Source: an uncultured Pseudomonadota bacterium
GTDB taxonomy: Bacteria > Myxococcota_A > UBA796 > SXON01
DNA length: 64,000 nucleotides
Direction of reading: 5' to 3'
NCBI GenBank assembly: GCA_903900265.1
Contig: CAIUMM010000015.1
Span: 93,438-157,437, forward strand
The notes under the pieces: model-generated
Told to the model about the DNA's origin: nothing
Database searches by the model: none
The model's input: the letters and a program-made list of their open reading frames with translations, nothing else
Program-made: the position numbers and the translations under genes
Part shown: piece by piece, positions 7,288-15,427 of the stretch
Layout of the letters: each line of letters starts with the position of its first letter
Position numbering within the stretch: position 1 is the stretch's first letter

Positions 7288-8931
7288 TCAGGGGTAGGCG
7301 CCGGTGCGCGGGATCGCGTAGATCCGGGCCTCCCCGCTCGTCGCGATCGGCTGGGATGCGGCGGTGATCCAAGCGTCCATGGCGCGGCGGGCGGGCGTGA
7401 GCTGGTCGTTCGGGAGCGCGTCGATCACCACGTACGGAATCGGGCCGTCGCCCTGACATTCATGGCGCATGATCGTGATGCACTCGGCAAAACCCTGCTC
7501 GGTCGCGGACATCGGACAGGCGGTGTGCGGGCAATAGGGCATGCCGGCGTAGGGCAAGGGGTCGCGCAGGATGCTCGCCGCGCCGCCGCCGGCCGGAAAG
7601 CGCTCGGCGAGCACTTTTCCAAGCTGCAACGCCTGTTCGGCGGGGTCCTCGCCGTTCTGGCGCGGCAAGGGCGCGCGCTGCAGGTCGTCGGCTTGATCGC
7701 GCAGCACGCACCCGACTGCCAGCACGCCTTCCGCCAGCATCGCGGCGCGCACCGCATCGAGGCGCCACCATCGAAACCGCAGCCCGGCGGCGTGCACGCC
7801 CGCCACCATCGTTGAAGCCCCGCGCGCGAGCAGCAAGATCCCGACCGGCAGCAGGTTCTGGCTGTAGCGCGCCGGCGCGTTTGCAGCGGCGAGCGCGATC
7901 ATCGGCGCGCAGGCCAGCACCAACGGCAAACCTTCGCCCACCGAGCGCGCGGCCCAGCGCAGCCGCTCCTTCCAGCGCGGCGCGCCTAAGACGTGCTCGC
8001 CGGGTTGAAAGGCGCGCGGTCCAAGCAACCCGGCCCAGAACAGCGCGATCGAGAAGGTCCACGGCGTCCCCAGATGAAACTCGGTGACGATGCGGTTCAG
8101 CGCGGTGGTGACGGCGCGCGGGGCGTTGGCTTGCAGCGTCTGCAGCGCCGCCGCCCGGGACGCCGCGGCCGCGGCCGGCGAGGTGTTCCCCGCGGTGGTG
8201 GCGATGCCTTCGGCAAAAACGTCGGTCACCATGTCGCGCGGCATCAGCGGGAACACCCGGTAGACGGCGTACACCGTCAACGCCGCGGAACCCACGTACA
8301 GCAGCAGCGCGAGCCAACGCCAGCCCCCCCGCCCAGTAAACAAGCACATCGCGGCGCCGGTCACCCAGAACGCGATCGCGGTCAGGTGGGCGGTCGCGGT
8401 CAGCCCGCCGATCATCCCGGCGACCGGCGCGAACCACCACCACCTGCCCGCGACGCGCGCGCTCAGCAGCGTCGCGACCACGAGCAGCTCCACCGTCGGA
8501 TCGACGCCAAACACCGCCGCCGCCGACAGCAGCGCGGGATGAAACGCGACCATCGCCGCCGCGGCAAACGCGGCGCCGCGCAGCCCGATCGCGCGCCCTA
8601 AGGCATAGACCGCGGGCCCCAACAGCAGGTGCATCCCGCGATTCAGCAGGTGACCGGCCGACGCGACGTCGAGGTGCGTCAGCGTCATGGTGATGCCGGT
8701 CAGCAGCGTCCACGTCGGCATGCGGTGGTCGTCGAGGTCGCCGTAGCGGCCTTGCGCGAACGCGACGGCGTTTTCGGCCCAGGACGCCGAGTCCGGCCCG
8801 GTGATGTACCGGTCGGAGACGTAGCGCCAGCCGCTGCTCACTGCGCCGGCGCGATGCCAGCCTTGAAAGGGCAGCAACAGCAGGATCGCGACCGCGAGCG
8901 CGTCGAAGGCCCGAGCGACGCGCGGGGTCAC
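7288..8931 (-). CDS. polytopic membrane protein, GT-C/ArnT-PMT-like glycosyltransferase candidate
   Basis: Start trimmed to a GTG overlapping the upstream stop (GTGA at 8928-8931). About 12 hydrophobic segments, plus a first-loop pattern DSASWAENAVAFAQGRYGDLDDHRMPTW like ArnT/PMT_2 proteins. Confidence 0.6.
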   Translation of the reverse strand: MTPRVARAFDALAVAILLLLPFQGWHRAGAVSSGWRYVSDRYITGPDSASWAENAVAFAQGRYGDLDDHRMPTWTLLTGITMTLTHLDVASAGHLLNRGMHLLLGPAVYALGRAIGLRGAAFAAAAMVAFHPALLSAAAVFGVDPTVELLVVATLLSARVAGRWWWFAPVAGMIGGLTATAHLTAIAFWVTGAAMCLFTGRGGWRWLALLLYVGSAALTVYAVYRVFPLMPRDMVTDVFAEGIATTAGNTSPAAAAASRAAALQTLQANAPRAVTTALNRIVTEFHLGTPWTFSIALFWAGLLGPRAFQPGEHVLGAPRWKERLRWAARSVGEGLPLVLACAPMIALAAANAPARYSQNLLPVGILLLARGASTMVAGVHAAGLRFRWWRLDAVRAAMLAEGVLAVGCVLRDQADDLQRAPLPRQNGEDPAEQALQLGKVLAERFPAGGGAASILRDPLPYAGMPYCPHTACPMSATEQGFAECITIMRHECQGDGPIPYVVIDALPNDQLTPARRAMDAWITAASQPIATSGEARIYAIPRTGAYP

Positions 8932-9425
8932 GGGCGCCAGTGTCGGTGCGCGACGTGCGCGCCGGCTCCCTTTCCGGGGCTCGGGTACTCGTCGAGCCGC
9001 TCGGCGAGCCACTGCATCCACTCGCCCTGCGAGATGCCGACGTCGATCCGGCGTTGTTCGGTGTGACGCCGCAGCTTGCGCCAGATCTGACGGACGTAGC
9101 CTCCCATCAGGTCATCCACGAGGTTCAAGGGCAGGATGCGGTGAAAGACCAGTACGCCGAGGCTCTCAAAAACGTGCCCGATCGACAGCGCGGCCGCCGC
9201 CATCTCGGGATCGTCGGCGATCTGCGCCGGGTCGGCGTCGTCGGGCAGGGTCATCACGATGCGCACGGTGCGGGCAAACTCGGCGGTGAGCATGGCGTGA
9301 ACCAGCTCGGTGGCGGTGAACAGCGCGCGGGTCTTGGCCATCTGCCGGATTTGCAGCGTGCCGAAGATGACCGCGAACACCACGGCGAGGCCCGATGCGA
9401 GGTTCGCTAAGGGGGCGAGGTTCAT
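8928..9425 (-). CDS. hypothetical N-terminally anchored protein
   Basis: 165 aa with one N-terminal helix (LASGLAVVFAVIFGTL). It is 21 nt downstream of the SPFH gene on the same strand. Confidence 0.55.
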   Translation of the reverse strand: MNLAPLANLASGLAVVFAVIFGTLQIRQMAKTRALFTATELVHAMLTAEFARTVRIVMTLPDDADPAQIADDPEMAAAALSIGHVFESLGVLVFHRILPLNLVDDLMGGYVRQIWRKLRRHTEQRRIDVGISQGEWMQWLAERLDEYPSPGKGAGAHVAHRHWRP

Positions 9426-9446
9426 GGGGCCGGCCTCCGGGTCTGC

Positions 9447-10388
9447 TTACCGCGGCTTCGGCGGGGCGAGCTTGTTCATCGCCATCATCTGGCGCATGGT
9501 CTTGTCCATCCCGTCGGCCGAGCCGTCGAGGAACATCACGTTGCCACGCCCGTTCTCGGCGAAGTGCTTGAGCGACTCGGTCCACATCGAGAACAGGATG
9601 AAGCTGACGTCGAGATCGGCCTTCTGCATCTCCTGCGCGGCTTCGGTCATGCCCTTGGCGACCTCGGCGCGGAACAGCGCGATGCCCTGACCGCGCAGCT
9701 GGGCTGCGGTCTTTTCCGCCTCGGCGGCGATCTTGATCGCGTTGCCTTCGGCCTCGGCACCCTTGGTCTTGGTGATCAGCAGCGCCTGTCCTTCGTTCTC
9801 GGCGGCGGCCTTCAGGTTGCTGGACGCGACGACCTTGGCCATGGAGCGCGAGATCTCCTCGTCGAAGCCGATGTCGTTCATCTGCAGGTCGATGAGGTGG
9901 TAGCCCCAGCTTGCGAGCGCGAAGTCGAGCTGGTCCTTTACCGAGTCGATGATCTCGCGGCGCAGCGCGAGGATGTCCTGCTGCTTTTTGGTAGCGACGA
10001 ACGCGCGCACTGAGCCTTCGACCGAGCGGGTCAGCGCGACCATAAACGAGCGCTCGTCGACGAACTTGAACGCGACATTGAGGATGGTGTCTTCATCCGA
10101 GTTCAGCACCGAGTACAGCAACATCGCTTTGAAGTGTACGTTGGCCTGATCGGCGGTGATCGCCTGAAACGAAAGCTCGACCGACTGGTTTTGCAAGGAC
10201 AAGCGCTTGGCGGCGCTCTCGATGATCGGGATCTTGAAGTTCAGCCCGGCGCGTTGCACCCGCGCGAACTTGCCAAAGCGCGTCAGCACCACCACCGTGC
10301 CTTGGCCCACGACGTTGAAGCAGCCGGCAAAGAGGGAAAGGCCAAAGAGCCCGCCCATAAGGATGAGCGAGAGGGCGATGAGTTCCAT
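9447..10388 (-). CDS. SPFH/band-7 (stomatin-prohibitin-flotillin) domain protein
   Basis: Start trimmed to ATG at 10388 (MELIALSLILMGGLFGL membrane anchor). This is followed by VVVLTRFGKFARVQRAGLNFKIPIIE and a coiled AE/AK-rich C-terminal region typical of SPFH proteins. Confidence 0.9.
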   Translation of the reverse strand: MELIALSLILMGGLFGLSLFAGCFNVVGQGTVVVLTRFGKFARVQRAGLNFKIPIIESAAKRLSLQNQSVELSFQAITADQANVHFKAMLLYSVLNSDEDTILNVAFKFVDERSFMVALTRSVEGSVRAFVATKKQQDILALRREIIDSVKDQLDFALASWGYHLIDLQMNDIGFDEEISRSMAKVVASSNLKAAAENEGQALLITKTKGAEAEGNAIKIAAEAEKTAAQLRGQGIALFRAEVAKGMTEAAQEMQKADLDVSFILFSMWTESLKHFAENGRGNVMFLDGSADGMDKTMRQMMAMNKLAPPKPR

Positions 10389-10420
10389 GGGCAGTTCCGG
10401 GGTTTGAATTCTTGTTCTGG

Positions 10421-10648
10421 CTAACGCGCCTCGCCAACCTTGGACATGGATCCTGCCAGCAGCGCGGCGACCCCGTACGCCGCCAGCGCCACGAGGAAGC
10501 CGTCGGTGTAGCCCCACATCCGCGCCACCAGCACCGTCCCGAGGCTCGCGACCACGCTCATCCAGCCGTTGATCGCCCACGCCCACGGCACCAACGGCCG
10601 CGCGGCGTCGGGCAGCGCGCGCATGCCCATCGGGAACGGCATGCCCAT
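10421..10648 (-). pseudogene. orphan duplicated 3' tail (75 codons) of the spermidine-synthase-like membrane protein gene
   Basis: Translation MGMPFPMGMRALPDAARPLVPWAWAINGWMSVVASLGTVLVARMWGYTDGFLVALAAYG.. is almost identical to the last 75 residues of the 762-aa protein at 11174-13462. No upstream part of the gene is attached. Confidence 0.7.
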
Positions 10649-10649
10649 C
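10437..10649. repeat. direct repeat copy A (213 bp)
   Basis: Aligns without gaps to 11187-11399 at a constant offset of 750 bp. I count 5 mismatches (10451, 10462, 10471, 10472, 10535). Confidence 0.95.
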
Positions 10650-10658
10650 TAGGCTTCG

Positions 10659-11162
10659 TCAGTATGGCGCTTCGCACGGCAGGTCGCTCACGTACATCTC
10701 GGCTGTCACGTATTCCGCAACACCCGTCGTGGCGTCCAACCGCGCCATGCTGAGTTTCCGCCCGTGCGGGAAGGAGTCATCGCAGGCGTCGAGCCATCCG
10801 ACCACTTCCCAATTGGCGCCTACCGCTGACCATTCGAACGTCGCGGTGCACCCGCTCACGCCGGGCACCAGACCCTGCGCTTGGGCGGCACAGATGGCAG
10901 CCGCCTCGCTCAGGTAGCGGTTCGGATCACACGCACCTCCGCTGCACGATGCAGGTATGAGCACAGCGTCTGCGCCGCGCCCGTGCGCCGCAATACAACA
11001 CCCCACAGCGTCCTCCACATCCCCACACGTCACCGCGCAGTCGTCCACCGGGCACGCCTCCGTCTCGGGACCGCCTGGGCCGCAGGGTTGGCAGCTGAGG
11101 ACCGTTGTGCAAGGGAACACAAGCAGGCCGCAAATCAATGCCCAAGAAAATTGCACGTTCAT
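10659..11162 (-). CDS. small Cys-rich secreted protein
   Basis: Start trimmed to ATG at 11162 (MNVQFSWALICGLLVFPCTTVLSC signal-like). About 18 Cys in 167 aa. It lies exactly between the two 213-bp repeat copies. Confidence 0.65.
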   Translation of the reverse strand: MNVQFSWALICGLLVFPCTTVLSCQPCGPGGPETEACPVDDCAVTCGDVEDAVGCCIAAHGRGADAVLIPASCSGGACDPNRYLSEAAAICAAQAQGLVPGVSGCTATFEWSAVGANWEVVGWLDACDDSFPHGRKLSMARLDATTGVAEYVTAEMYVSDLPCEAPY

Positions 11163-11173
11163 GGCGTCCCGTA

Positions 11174-13462
11174 CTATCCTCGGCCGACCTTGGACATGGA
11201 CCCTGCCAGCACCGCGGCGATGCCGTACGCCGCCAGCGCCACGAGGAAGCCGTCGGTGTAGCCCCACATCCGCGCCACCAGCACTGTCCCGAGGCTCGCG
11301 ACCACGCTCATCCAGCCGTTGATCGCCCACGCCCACGGCACCAACGGCCGCGCGGCGTCGGGCAGCGCGCGCATGCCCATCGGGAACGGCATGCCCATCA
11401 CGAAGCCTAACGGCAGCAGCAGCACGCCCACCGCGAGGCAGCGCCCAAGCAGCGACCACCCCAAGGCGTAGCTGTAGAGCAGCGGCGGTACGACGAAGGC
11501 CTGCACTGCGCCGAGGAGCACGACGGTCGCGAGCACCCAGCGCAGCTTGGAGGTGTCCAAGCGCTCAGCCACGAGGCTGCCGACGCCTGAGCTGACCAGC
11601 ATCGCCAGCACGACCACGGTGATCGCGTAGGTCGGGTGCCCGACAAACAGCACCAGCGCGTGAATGAGCACCGTCTCGATCGCGAGGTAGCCGTAGCCCA
11701 GGCACGCGACGTAGCCGAGGGCCGCGCCCGCGCCGGAGAGCCGCGCGATCTCGGAGCGCCCGCGCAGCGCCCAGGGCAGCGCCAGCAACAGCACCCCGGA
11801 GAGCAGCACCACGCCGCATTGAACGACGATCGAGCGCCACAGCACCGCCAACGGCGCTTCGGTGTCGCCCGCCGCGTGGGTCCACGCGTCATGCAGCGCG
11901 TCCGCCACGATGGACGGGCTGTCCTGGTAGGGATGGTCGTCGGTCATCGCCGGCTCGCTCATCACCTTCTTCCACGCGGAGGTCGGGCCCTCGGCCATGG
12001 GATCGAGCGTGAGCGTCGCCTTCACGTAGTTGGGGAGCAGCGCGACCATCGCGTCCCGCTCCGCCTGCGTCCACGCGCGTGGCCGCGCCAGCATTACCCG
12101 GCTGTTGCCTTCGATGTACGCGATGTTGTGCCACGGATCGGTGACACCGCGCGCGCGCAGCGCAGCCACACAGGCGCGCACGATCTCGTCGGTCTGTGAG
12201 CCCTTGCCGAACGAGACGATGCCGTCGGGGTTCAGGTGCGCGAAGTAGTCCTCAAACGCGTCTTGGGTCTCCAGCAGCGCGGGGGACCACACATTCGACA
12301 AGAGCCCAGCGGACGACCACAAGTTGGCGTGCACCATCAGGATGACGTCGTAGGGCTCGGTCGCGCGCAGGATCGCCGCGCGCCCGTCGGAGTGGACGCG
12401 CACGGTGTCGCCGTGGGTGTACGGGTTGACCGGGCTGTCGGCCCAGCGCGTAGCGACGATCTCGAAGATCTCCGAGGCGATGTCGACCGCCTCGATGTGG
12501 GTGTGACCGTAGGACTGCGCGATCGCGACGTCCGGGCCAGCGGACGCGGCGAGGATCGCGCCGTGCGCGGGCGGCGGCACGAGCTGCCAGGCCAGCGAGC
12601 GGTTGATGTTGGCGGCGCGCTGCTTGACGTCGCTCGCGGTGCGCACGATCTCGGAGGCCGAGGTGTTGTCGAGCAGCACGTAGGCGTGGTTGGGCTTGTC
12701 GAGCACGGACAGGCGGGTGAGCGGCGTCCAATAGGTCGCGACCACCTGATCTTCGGCGAAGCCTGCGGCGCGCTCGATCTTCAGCACGTCGGTGCGCGTC
12801 GACACGCCGATGAGCCCCAGACTCACGACGCCGGCGATCAACGAGGGCCAAAGCGGCGTTCCCGCCGCGCGTGATAGAAGCAGCGCCGAGAGCGCGCAGG
12901 CTGCGAGCACCACAAACACCACGTCCGGCCCGGCCAGCGCGCCGAGCAAGGGCAAGAACACCGCTGCCCCCGCCGCTGCTCCAAGCAGATCTGCGGCGTA
13001 CAGCTTGGCGATGTCCTCTTTGCGGCGCTGGAACAGCCCCGCGAACACGAGTCCCGCGGTCGCGAAGGGCGCGGCGAGCACCGGCAACAACGCGGCGAAC
13101 CACCAGCCGTTCAGCAGATCGTCTTTGATCGACGAGCGGTCTTGGTATGCGTCCGGCGGGGTCTCAAAGTAGCGCAGCACCGGGAAGTGCAGCACGGCGA
13201 GCACCGCGCATAGCGTGACCGCCGCTTGGATCAGCGAGAGCGTGGAGATGCGGCGCAGCAGGCCCTCGACTGGCACCAGCGAGGGGCGCAGGTGCTGGGC
13301 GAGCGCGCCCGCGGCGATGCCACACAGCGCCAGCGCCAGCGCGAGATGCGCAAAGTCGGCGAAGAGCACGACCGCGAAAAGGCGCGTCAACAGCAGCTCG
13401 TAGAGGAGCAGGGCAAAAGAAAGCAGGAACGCTGCGGCAGCGAGGGCGCGGTTCTCGGACAT
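11174..13462 (-). CDS. fused polytopic membrane / spermidine-synthase-like (class I SAM-dependent aminopropyltransferase fold) protein
   Basis: 762 aa. An N-terminal block of about 7 TM helices is followed by a central soluble domain with GAILAASAGPDVAIAQSYGHTHIEAVDIASEI and YDVILMVHANLW (SpeE-like), then a C-terminal TM bundle. Confidence 0.8.
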   Translation of the reverse strand: MSENRALAAAAFLLSFALLLYELLLTRLFAVVLFADFAHLALALALCGIAAGALAQHLRPSLVPVEGLLRRISTLSLIQAAVTLCAVLAVLHFPVLRYFETPPDAYQDRSSIKDDLLNGWWFAALLPVLAAPFATAGLVFAGLFQRRKEDIAKLYAADLLGAAAGAAVFLPLLGALAGPDVVFVVLAACALSALLLSRAAGTPLWPSLIAGVVSLGLIGVSTRTDVLKIERAAGFAEDQVVATYWTPLTRLSVLDKPNHAYVLLDNTSASEIVRTASDVKQRAANINRSLAWQLVPPPAHGAILAASAGPDVAIAQSYGHTHIEAVDIASEIFEIVATRWADSPVNPYTHGDTVRVHSDGRAAILRATEPYDVILMVHANLWSSAGLLSNVWSPALLETQDAFEDYFAHLNPDGIVSFGKGSQTDEIVRACVAALRARGVTDPWHNIAYIEGNSRVMLARPRAWTQAERDAMVALLPNYVKATLTLDPMAEGPTSAWKKVMSEPAMTDDHPYQDSPSIVADALHDAWTHAAGDTEAPLAVLWRSIVVQCGVVLLSGVLLLALPWALRGRSEIARLSGAGAALGYVACLGYGYLAIETVLIHALVLFVGHPTYAITVVVLAMLVSSGVGSLVAERLDTSKLRWVLATVVLLGAVQAFVVPPLLYSYALGWSLLGRCLAVGVLLLPLGFVMGMPFPMGMRALPDAARPLVPWAWAINGWMSVVASLGTVLVARMWGYTDGFLVALAAYGIAAVLAGSMSKVGRG
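11187..11399. repeat. direct repeat copy B (213 bp, inside the intact gene)
   Basis: See copy A. This copy forms the authentic 3' end of the 762-aa gene. Confidence 0.95.
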
Positions 13463-13584
13463 CAGCCTCTACTTGGGGTTTGGCGGGCTATCGCGTGATC
13501 GGCCGGAGCGGCACCCCTCGCGGTCCGGCGCCGCTCGCGGCCCGGCTCGCGCCCGTCCTTTGCTCAATGAAGTAGACTGGCGGC

Positions 13585-15408
13585 ATGAACCGCCTTCCTG
13601 CGTCTCTCCTGCTGCGTAACTCCCCGCTTGTCCTCGTTGCCCTGCTCGCGCTTGCGACGGCGCTGCCCGCGTCCGCCTCGCCCGCGAGGTCCCGTGCGCC
13701 ATCCGCGCCTGCGCAGTCCCGTGCGCCATCCGCGCCTGCGCCGTCCACGCCCGCCGCGTCCCCGCGTCTCGCGACCCTCAACATCCCCGGCGATCGTCGC
13801 TTCGCGCTCATCGCTCGTGACATCATCGACGCGCGCATCGCGTTGAACCCCGATCTGGCCTCCAGCGTCGGGCTTTTCGAAGACGCGGTGCGCGTCCCTT
13901 CGTACACCCCCGCCGCAGTGGCGGCTCAGGACGCGCGGCTCGCTCAGGACCTCGCCGTGTTGACCAAGATGCGCTGGCGCGGCTGGTCGGTCGACGCGCA
14001 GATCGACTACCGCTGGGTTTGGGCGAACGCGGAGGAGGCCCGACGCCGCTTGACCGTCGAGCGGATGTGGGAGCACCGCTATGGCGAGTACCTCGAGCCG
14101 GTCGCCAACACCTTCATCTCGCTGACCACGTACGCGCCCGAGCGGGTGGACCTGCGCGTGAAGCTCGCGGCGCTGCTCCCGGCGATGATCACCGAGATGC
14201 TGGCGCAGGTGACGGCGCCCACCCAGCGCGACGTGACCACGGCGCTTGGGCTCTTAGATGGCTTGGATGCGGTGGTGGCGCAGCTCCCCGAGGGTGCTGA
14301 GCGTCAGGCGGCGGCGGTGGCGTTGACCGAGGCGCGCACCCAGCTCAACGCGCGCGCCAAGGAGACGCTGCCCGAATTCGCGGTGATCGGAAAGGAGAAC
14401 TACGAGTGGCGGCTGACGCACGCGCTGCTGTTGCCGTGGGACTCCGCGGCGCTGCTGGAGCACGCGCAGGGCGAGCTCACCCGCGTAGACGCCGAGCTTG
14501 CCGCGTTGAAGCCCGCGGAGTTCAGTGGGGTCGCGACGCCGGCCGAGTCCGAAGCCGCGGCGGCGATGGACCGGGCGGGGTTCTTGAAGCTCTACGATGA
14601 CGTGGTGGCGCGCAACCTCGCCGCCTTGCGCGCGATGAACGTGCTGACCGTACCCGCCGACCTCCCGGCGATGCATTGCCGCGAGACGCCCGCCGCGCTG
14701 CTGCCGTTGACCGGGGACGGCGGGAGCATGAACCCGCCGCTCGCGTTCCCGTCGCTGGGAACCGGGGGCGCTGCGCCCGTAGGCTGGTGGAACGTGCAGC
14801 ACTACAGCGCGGACTGGACGCTCGCCGAGCGCGAAGCGATGATCGTGTCGGCCAGCCATGCGGAGCTTTCGGGTCTGGGGCCGTACGCGGTGCACGAGGG
14901 CGTGCCTGGGCACCACCTGCAGCTGTCGATGCTGCCGCAGCTCAACAACCCGATCCACGCCATCCTCCAAGACGGCAGCGCCGTCGAAGGCTGGGCGCTC
15001 TACGCCGAGCAGCTGTTCTGGGAGGGCGGCGGCTTCGGGGACTCCGAGCGCGCCCACGCCAACATGCTCCGGTCGTATCGGGGCCGTATCCGCCGGGTTT
15101 TCTACGACACGCACATTGAGGGCGGCGAGTGGACGCTGCAGCAAGGCGCCGATTGGAAGGCCGGCACCGCCCCGGGCGTGACCGCGCCGGATCCCGACGT
15201 GCTGCGGTCCATCCAGTGGCCGACGCAGCTGATCACCTACTTTGCGGGGAAGAGCCAGATCCTCGCCTTGCGGGAGGATGTGCGCGCGCTTCAGGGCGCT
15301 GCGTACTCCGATCGGGCGTTCAACGATGCTCTGCTGGCCGAAGGCCCGATCCCGGTCGCGCTCATCCGCGCCAAGATGTTGGGTGAGCCGGTGCCGGACG
15401 TTCGGTAG
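13585..15408 (+). CDS. DUF885-family secreted protein (metallopeptidase-like HExxPGHHxQ motif)
   Basis: 607 aa with a signal-like N-terminus. HEGVPGHHLQ and the later EGWALYAE blocks are typical of DUF885. Confidence 0.85.
   Translation: MNRLPASLLLRNSPLVLVALLALATALPASASPARSRAPSAPAQSRAPSAPAPSTPAASPRLATLNIPGDRRFALIARDIIDARIALNPDLASSVGLFEDAVRVPSYTPAAVAAQDARLAQDLAVLTKMRWRGWSVDAQIDYRWVWANAEEARRRLTVERMWEHRYGEYLEPVANTFISLTTYAPERVDLRVKLAALLPAMITEMLAQVTAPTQRDVTTALGLLDGLDAVVAQLPEGAERQAAAVALTEARTQLNARAKETLPEFAVIGKENYEWRLTHALLLPWDSAALLEHAQGELTRVDAELAALKPAEFSGVATPAESEAAAAMDRAGFLKLYDDVVARNLAALRAMNVLTVPADLPAMHCRETPAALLPLTGDGGSMNPPLAFPSLGTGGAAPVGWWNVQHYSADWTLAEREAMIVSASHAELSGLGPYAVHEGVPGHHLQLSMLPQLNNPIHAILQDGSAVEGWALYAEQLFWEGGGFGDSERAHANMLRSYRGRIRRVFYDTHIEGGEWTLQQGADWKAGTAPGVTAPDPDVLRSIQWPTQLITYFAGKSQILALREDVRALQGAAYSDRAFNDALLAEGPIPVALIRAKMLGEPVPDVR
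13690..13743 (+). repeat. 27-bp in-frame tandem duplication (2 units, 1 mismatch)
   Basis: TCCCGTGCGCCATCCGCGCCTGCGCAG / TCCCGTGCGCCATCCGCGCCTGCGCCG, encoding SRAPSAPAQ SRAPSAPAP in the linker after the signal peptide. Confidence 0.9.
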
Positions 15409-15427
15409 CGCGGGCCCGGTGCGCCCC

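Noticed and set aside
10437-11399. An insertion sequence or transposon as the explanation for the 213-bp repeats.
   Set aside because: There is no transposase or integrase ORF and there are no terminal inverted repeats. The repeats are direct, far longer than target-site duplications, and consist of host gene sequence.
9447-11459. N-terminal extensions of the SPFH ORF (to 10586) and of the Cys-rich ORF (to 11459), which share the peptide GVGDQRLDERGREPRD.
   Set aside because: The shared peptide is just the same out-of-frame reading of the two repeat copies. Both genes have good internal ATG starts followed by hydrophobic signal or anchor segments.
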